Positions 62,857 through 64,000 of a stretch of DNA of 64,000 bases are shown here, one piece after another. Origin of the DNA: an uncultured delta proteobacterium (GTDB taxonomy: Bacteria; Desulfobacterota; Desulfomonilia; UBA1062); contig CAWCTR010000007.1 in the NCBI GenBank assembly GCA_963798485.1, positions 448,001 to 512,000 of the forward strand, in the 5' to 3' direction. How positions within the stretch are numbered: the stretch's first letter is position 1; every line of letters starts with the position of its first letter. The notes under the pieces were generated by a model. That model was not told the DNA's origin. It saw nothing but the letters and a program-made list of their open reading frames with translations, and searched no databases. The position numbers and the translations under genes were made by a program.

Positions 62857-63834
62857 TCATTCTCCCTGAGAGTCTTTTTTGCCATGCAACAGGGCTTCGG
62901 GATGACGATTGAGATAGTCGGACAGGGTGCGGAGCGAATCCGAGGCCTCGGAGATCTTTTCCAGTGTCTGGGAGAGCTGCTCGAGCGCCGGAGAATCACC
63001 TGAGCTTGCGTTCTCTACGGCCTTGAATGTCTTGGCGGCCTGTACCATGGCTGCACGGGCCGCTTCGGCTGTTTGTTCAATGCCGGCCTGGAGGGAGGTT
63101 GAGTGTTTGTCAAAGTTCTGCACCATCTTTCTCGAGTCTGCCAGTGTCCCTTTAATATCCGATGCTATAGGTCCGACATTGTTGTTGATATTTTCGATCA
63201 GCCTTCTCATGTCTTCAAGGGCAAGGTTCATGGTATGGATGCTGTTCATGAGTTCAGGGGATGTCGCGGCCTTTTCCATCCCATCGATTGCCGATGTCAG
63301 TTTATTTACCATCACCCCGAGGGGCAGCTTTTCTAATGTCCTGGTGAATTCTTCGATGCTTGAAGGTATTGTCGGGATTTCAGGATACTTCGAATCCGAC
63401 CTGGTCAGCATTGCCGGTTTTTCCGGGTGGAAATCGAGCCCGACCAGAAGCTGGCCTGTAAGCAGATTCTGATACTGGAGTTGTGCCTTAAGACCCTGTC
63501 GGATCAGGGTATTGAGAAACGCCTGTGCGTCGATCTTGCCATGGGAATTCGTGATACTATTGGGGTCCAGCCCAGTGAGAACCGCAATCTGAACCGATTT
63601 TGTTTCAGGGTTGAAACGCAGGTTGATGTCGCTGACTGTCCCGACCTTGACACCCTTGAACATGACCGGCGCCCCGACATTGAGGCCCTTGACGGACCCA
63701 TCGAAAAACATGATAAAACTCGGCTGTTTGAAAAAATACTTGCCTACGCTGAAGGTCATAACCCCTATAATAAAGAGGATGACGGCACCCAAGACAAAGG
63801 CGCCCACTAACGTTTTACTCGGTTTTCCGCTCAT
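62857..63834 (-). CDS. MlaD/MCE domain protein
   Basis: GSVKGLNVGAPVMFKGVKVG, LLTGQL, LNRHPEALLHG. Confidence 0.9.
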   Translation of the reverse strand: MSGKPSKTLVGAFVLGAVILFIIGVMTFSVGKYFFKQPSFIMFFDGSVKGLNVGAPVMFKGVKVGTVSDINLRFNPETKSVQIAVLTGLDPNSITNSHGKIDAQAFLNTLIRQGLKAQLQYQNLLTGQLLVGLDFHPEKPAMLTRSDSKYPEIPTIPSSIEEFTRTLEKLPLGVMVNKLTSAIDGMEKAATSPELMNSIHTMNLALEDMRRLIENINNNVGPIASDIKGTLADSRKMVQNFDKHSTSLQAGIEQTAEAARAAMVQAAKTFKAVENASSGDSPALEQLSQTLEKISEASDSLRTLSDYLNRHPEALLHGKKDSQGE

Positions 63835-63893
63835 CTCCTCTTATCCCTATTACCTATATCATATGGCATACAGGTCGATCAAAATAAGTCTCA

Positions 63894-64000
63894 TCAATCA
63901 TATCGAGTCCGTATGCCCCCTAGTGAGGAACGCAACCACCTTCGGGTCGTCAGACTCTTGGAGAAGCCTCTTGGGGTTCCCGAAGGCTAGTATTGTTTTG
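63894..64000 (-). CDS. C-terminus of a probable MlaF-like ABC ATPase (partial)
   Basis: KTILAFGNPKRLLQESDDPKVVAFLTRG; upstream of MCE gene. Confidence 0.65.

Overview
Chromosomal window from an anaerobic bacterium; gene content suggests Desulfobacterota/deltaproteobacteria (inference). 1-15.4 kb: AT-rich LPS/surface-glycan cluster (ArnT-like GT, GT4, CgeB-like GT, O-antigen ligase, GT11, two GT9, radical SAM), interrupted by HU, a FYDLN protein and a MazF-type TA pair. 15.7-32 kb: NrpR-type repressor divergent from a stand-alone FMN glutamate synthase domain, frameshifted 4-hydroxybutyryl-CoA dehydratase, a two-component pair, hisF, acyl-CoA dehydrogenase and GT2 enzymes. 33-52.8 kb: a marR-hgcA-hgcB mercury-methylation operon back-to-back with a sulfur region. 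That region holds a ThiI-like/HydE-like/FdhD operon, bioB, three cysK copies (one decayed), two metY copies (one decayed), a trans-sulfuration enzyme, nadA and a 3-Cys Rrf2 regulator. Then a CusCBA-type efflux operon, a B12 radical SAM and Pqi/Mla genes. Best unannotated signals: (1) a 33-aa leader peptide with an MCCCMCMC run plus terminator/antiterminator, i.e. a Cys/Met-sensing attenuator; (2) a CTA-N9-TAG box at five TTGACA promoters, defining a likely Rrf2 sulfur regulon; (3) GGCAA-N4-TTGCC candidate operators of a bacterial NrpR; (4) two candidate anti-Shine-Dalgarno sRNAs, one with a sigma54 promoter; (5) many genes collapsed by deletions. No rRNA, tRNA or CRISPR array seen. All calls come from motif recognition by eye; no database search was run.
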